The notes under the pieces are model-generated. The model searched no databases and was not told the DNA's origin. It saw nothing but the letters and a program-made list of their open reading frames with translations. Source: an uncultured delta proteobacterium (GTDB lineage Bacteria; Desulfobacterota; Desulfomonilia; Desulfomonilales; Desulfomonilaceae). From it: DNA of 64,000 nt. Within the stretch, counting starts at the first letter, position 1. Every line of letters begins with the position of its first letter. The stretch spans positions 224,001-288,000 of the forward strand of contig CAWBKB010000003.1 of assembly GCA_963789265.1 (NCBI GenBank), given 5' to 3'. This document shows positions 62,183-64,000 of the stretch, one piece after another. The position numbers and the translations under genes were made by a program.

Positions 62183-64000
62183 ATGATGGAATCTTCACCC
62201 AAACGCCTTGTCACCTTGTTAGTCGCAATGCTGTTCGTCCTGGCTGCCACGATGTCGTTTGTGCCGTCGGCAGATGCCTTGAGATTCGGTGGAGGTGGCT
62301 TCAGGGCCGGAGGCGGCAGTTTCAGGCTGGGCGGGGCCGGATTTCGAACGGGAGGGTACCACTTCAAGGGTACGTCGAGCTGGTGGTCCGGCGCGAGCAG
62401 GGCGGTATGGGGCAGCCGCAGCGGAGGCGGGATCTACAAGAAGCCCTCGTCGGTGAAACCTTCCCAGAGCTATGGCAAGCCTTCGTTTGGGCCGGGAGCA
62501 TCCGGTGCTTATTCAAAGCCTTCCCTAGAACAGCGTTCGTCGAACCAGTACTCTAAACCGTCTTCAGGGGTGGGAAAAGAAACTTCCGGCAGCTACGCAA
62601 AACCAAAGGTCGGTACACCGGGTGCGACTGTGCCTTCGACATTTACCGGCGGATCCAAGTTTGATCGTAAAATGGTCCAGCAGATGAAGCAGCAGAGGGC
62701 GAAAGCCTCTCTGGACAGCTATCGGGCCGAAACCGGCAAATTTCAAAAAACTGCCGGCGCACCGTGGGAGTCTTACAAGTCCAGCCCTGTTTACAACAAG
62801 GTCCACAACTACGGGGGCTTCGATTATCGCGCCCATTATGACCGCCGAGACTCGTTTTATCGGGGCATGGGATGGAGTCCGCCCAGGTACGCTTACGGAA
62901 TGGCGCCGTCTTACGGAATTTGGGACACACTGTTCTGGTTCATGATCCTTGACCACTTCCACAATCGAAATTATGCAGCAACGGCTTACAATTACGCCAA
63001 CGATCCGGGATACCAGGCGTGGCGGCGCGACGCGGAGGATTTGGCAAAGAGTAATTCAGCGCTCAAAGCCAAACTTGACGGGTTGGACAAACAGGTCGCA
63101 GCTATGAAGGGCACACCGGTCGATCCCAATTACCTGCCCAAAGGCGTCCCCCCGGAGGTTGCAGTGGCAGCCGGTGCGATTGCGGCCAAAGCCTCTGAGA
63201 AGCCGGTAATAAGGTTCGCTACCGGGCCGAAGGAAGGGAATTATCAGTATTTCGGCGAACTCCTGAAAAGGAAGGAGGGCAAAGTCGACATTCAACTCCG
63301 CACTACCGCCGGTTCCATGGAAAATCTGCGGCTGATCTCGTCGGGGGATATTGACATGGCCATCGTTCAGAGCGATGTCTTGGCCATGCTCGGAACGAAA
63401 TTTCCGGGTCGCAAATTGATTTCTGAGCAGTCGACTTTATATCAAGAAGTGGTGCAACTGATCGTAAATGCTAATAGCGGCATAGATTCTATAAAGGATA
63501 TAAATCCTCGCAAATCAGTTGTGTATATAGGGCCTGAAGGCTCCGGCACAGCCATGACGTGGGAGGGTCTGCGACAACAGCGAGACCGCTATAAGAAGAT
63601 CCCCGTGAAATTAGCCAGTTACAACCTCAGCGAGAAAGATGTGCAGCGAAATCCCAAGTTGGCAATGTTGTTCGTGGGTGGACTTCACAGTGACATCTTG
63701 AAACAAGCCGAGCAGATCGCGGAGCGAACGGGGAAGCTCAAACTGGCCGCTGTGGATGACCGAAGCCTAATTCGCAAGAAAGACGAGAACGGGAACGTCG
63801 TTTATCGATTTGTGACGATTCCGAGCAATGCCTATCCTGCTTTGCAAAAAGGTTGGTTTTGGCACCATGACGTGGAGACTCTGGCAGTCCAGGCCGTTTT
63901 GGTGCTGCGGACGGATTGGGTTAAGAAGTACGGACAAGAGGCCCTTGATGCCCTGTCGCTGGGCGTTATGGAGGCAAAGGTCGATATGCAGAAGAGGCTG
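62183..64000 (+). CDS. Secreted protein with Gly/Ser-rich repeat region and C-terminal TAXI-family TRAP solute-binding domain (runs off the window; absent from the ORF track)
   Basis: AAGGAG RBS; ATG 62183; signal peptide ending ADA; open to 64000; TAXI motifs FATGPKEGNY, TAGSMENL, AIVQSD, LYQEVVQL, GPEGSGT. Confidence 0.85.
   Translation, partial: MMESSPKRLVTLLVAMLFVLAATMSFVPSADALRFGGGGFRAGGGSFRLGGAGFRTGGYHFKGTSSWWSGASRAVWGSRSGGGIYKKPSSVKPSQSYGKPSFGPGASGAYSKPSLEQRSSNQYSKPSSGVGKETSGSYAKPKVGTPGATVPSTFTGGSKFDRKMVQQMKQQRAKASLDSYRAETGKFQKTAGAPWESYKSSPVYNKVHNYGGFDYRAHYDRRDSFYRGMGWSPPRYAYGMAPSYGIWDTLFWFMILDHFHNRNYAATAYNYANDPGYQAWRRDAEDLAKSNSALKAKLDGLDKQVAAMKGTPVDPNYLPKGVPPEVAVAAGAIAAKASEKPVIRFATGPKEGNYQYFGELLKRKEGKVDIQLRTTAGSMENLRLISSGDIDMAIVQSDVLAMLGTKFPGRKLISEQSTLYQEVVQLIVNANSGIDSIKDINPRKSVVYIGPEGSGTAMTWEGLRQQRDRYKKIPVKLASYNLSEKDVQRNPKLAMLFVGGLHSDILKQAEQIAERTGKLKLAAVDDRSLIRKKDENGNVVYRFVTIPSNAYPALQKGWFWHHDVETLAVQAVLVLRTDWVKKYGQEALDALSLGVMEAKVDMQKRL

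Noticed and set aside
1..64000. CRISPR array, rRNA or prophage
   Set aside because: Repeats are dispersed palindromes without regular spacers; no cas, rRNA or phage structural genes were seen.

Overview
Chromosomal core-type region of an anaerobic Desulfobacterota (deltaproteobacterial) genome, possibly Desulfomonile-like (inferred from gene content). Housekeeping genes: pcm, serC, serA, purA, mobB, proA, pilQ, pbpC, glnD, xerD, mutS, rne/rng, engB, lexA-dinB, rplY, prs. It also holds tRNA-Sec (selC), an IclR-regulated xanthine-dehydrogenase-family (HcrA-like) molybdoenzyme operon, a ~17.5 kb cobalamin-riboswitch-controlled anaerobic cob/cbi operon, an IS1380-family element, and many REP-like palindromes and MITEs, some nested. 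About twelve single-base frameshifts, nearly all +1 insertions and some in normally essential genes, point to uncorrected long-read errors rather than pseudogenes. Most interesting items: (1) an overlapping three-gene unit of archaeal-type (class II) GAPDH homologue, NUDIX hydrolase and stand-alone condensation-domain protein; (2) a TAXI solute-binding domain fused to a Gly/Ser-rich YxKP-repeat region; (3) an orphan pbpC bracketed by two inverted MITE copies beside a decapitated HEPN gene; (4) a MITE inserted into a REP palindrome, with an empty-site homologue in the same window; (5) a single serA-purA ORF; (6) candidate IclR operators and a direct-repeat LexA box. No CRISPR array, rRNA or prophage was seen. 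All assignments come from motif recognition by eye; no searches were run.
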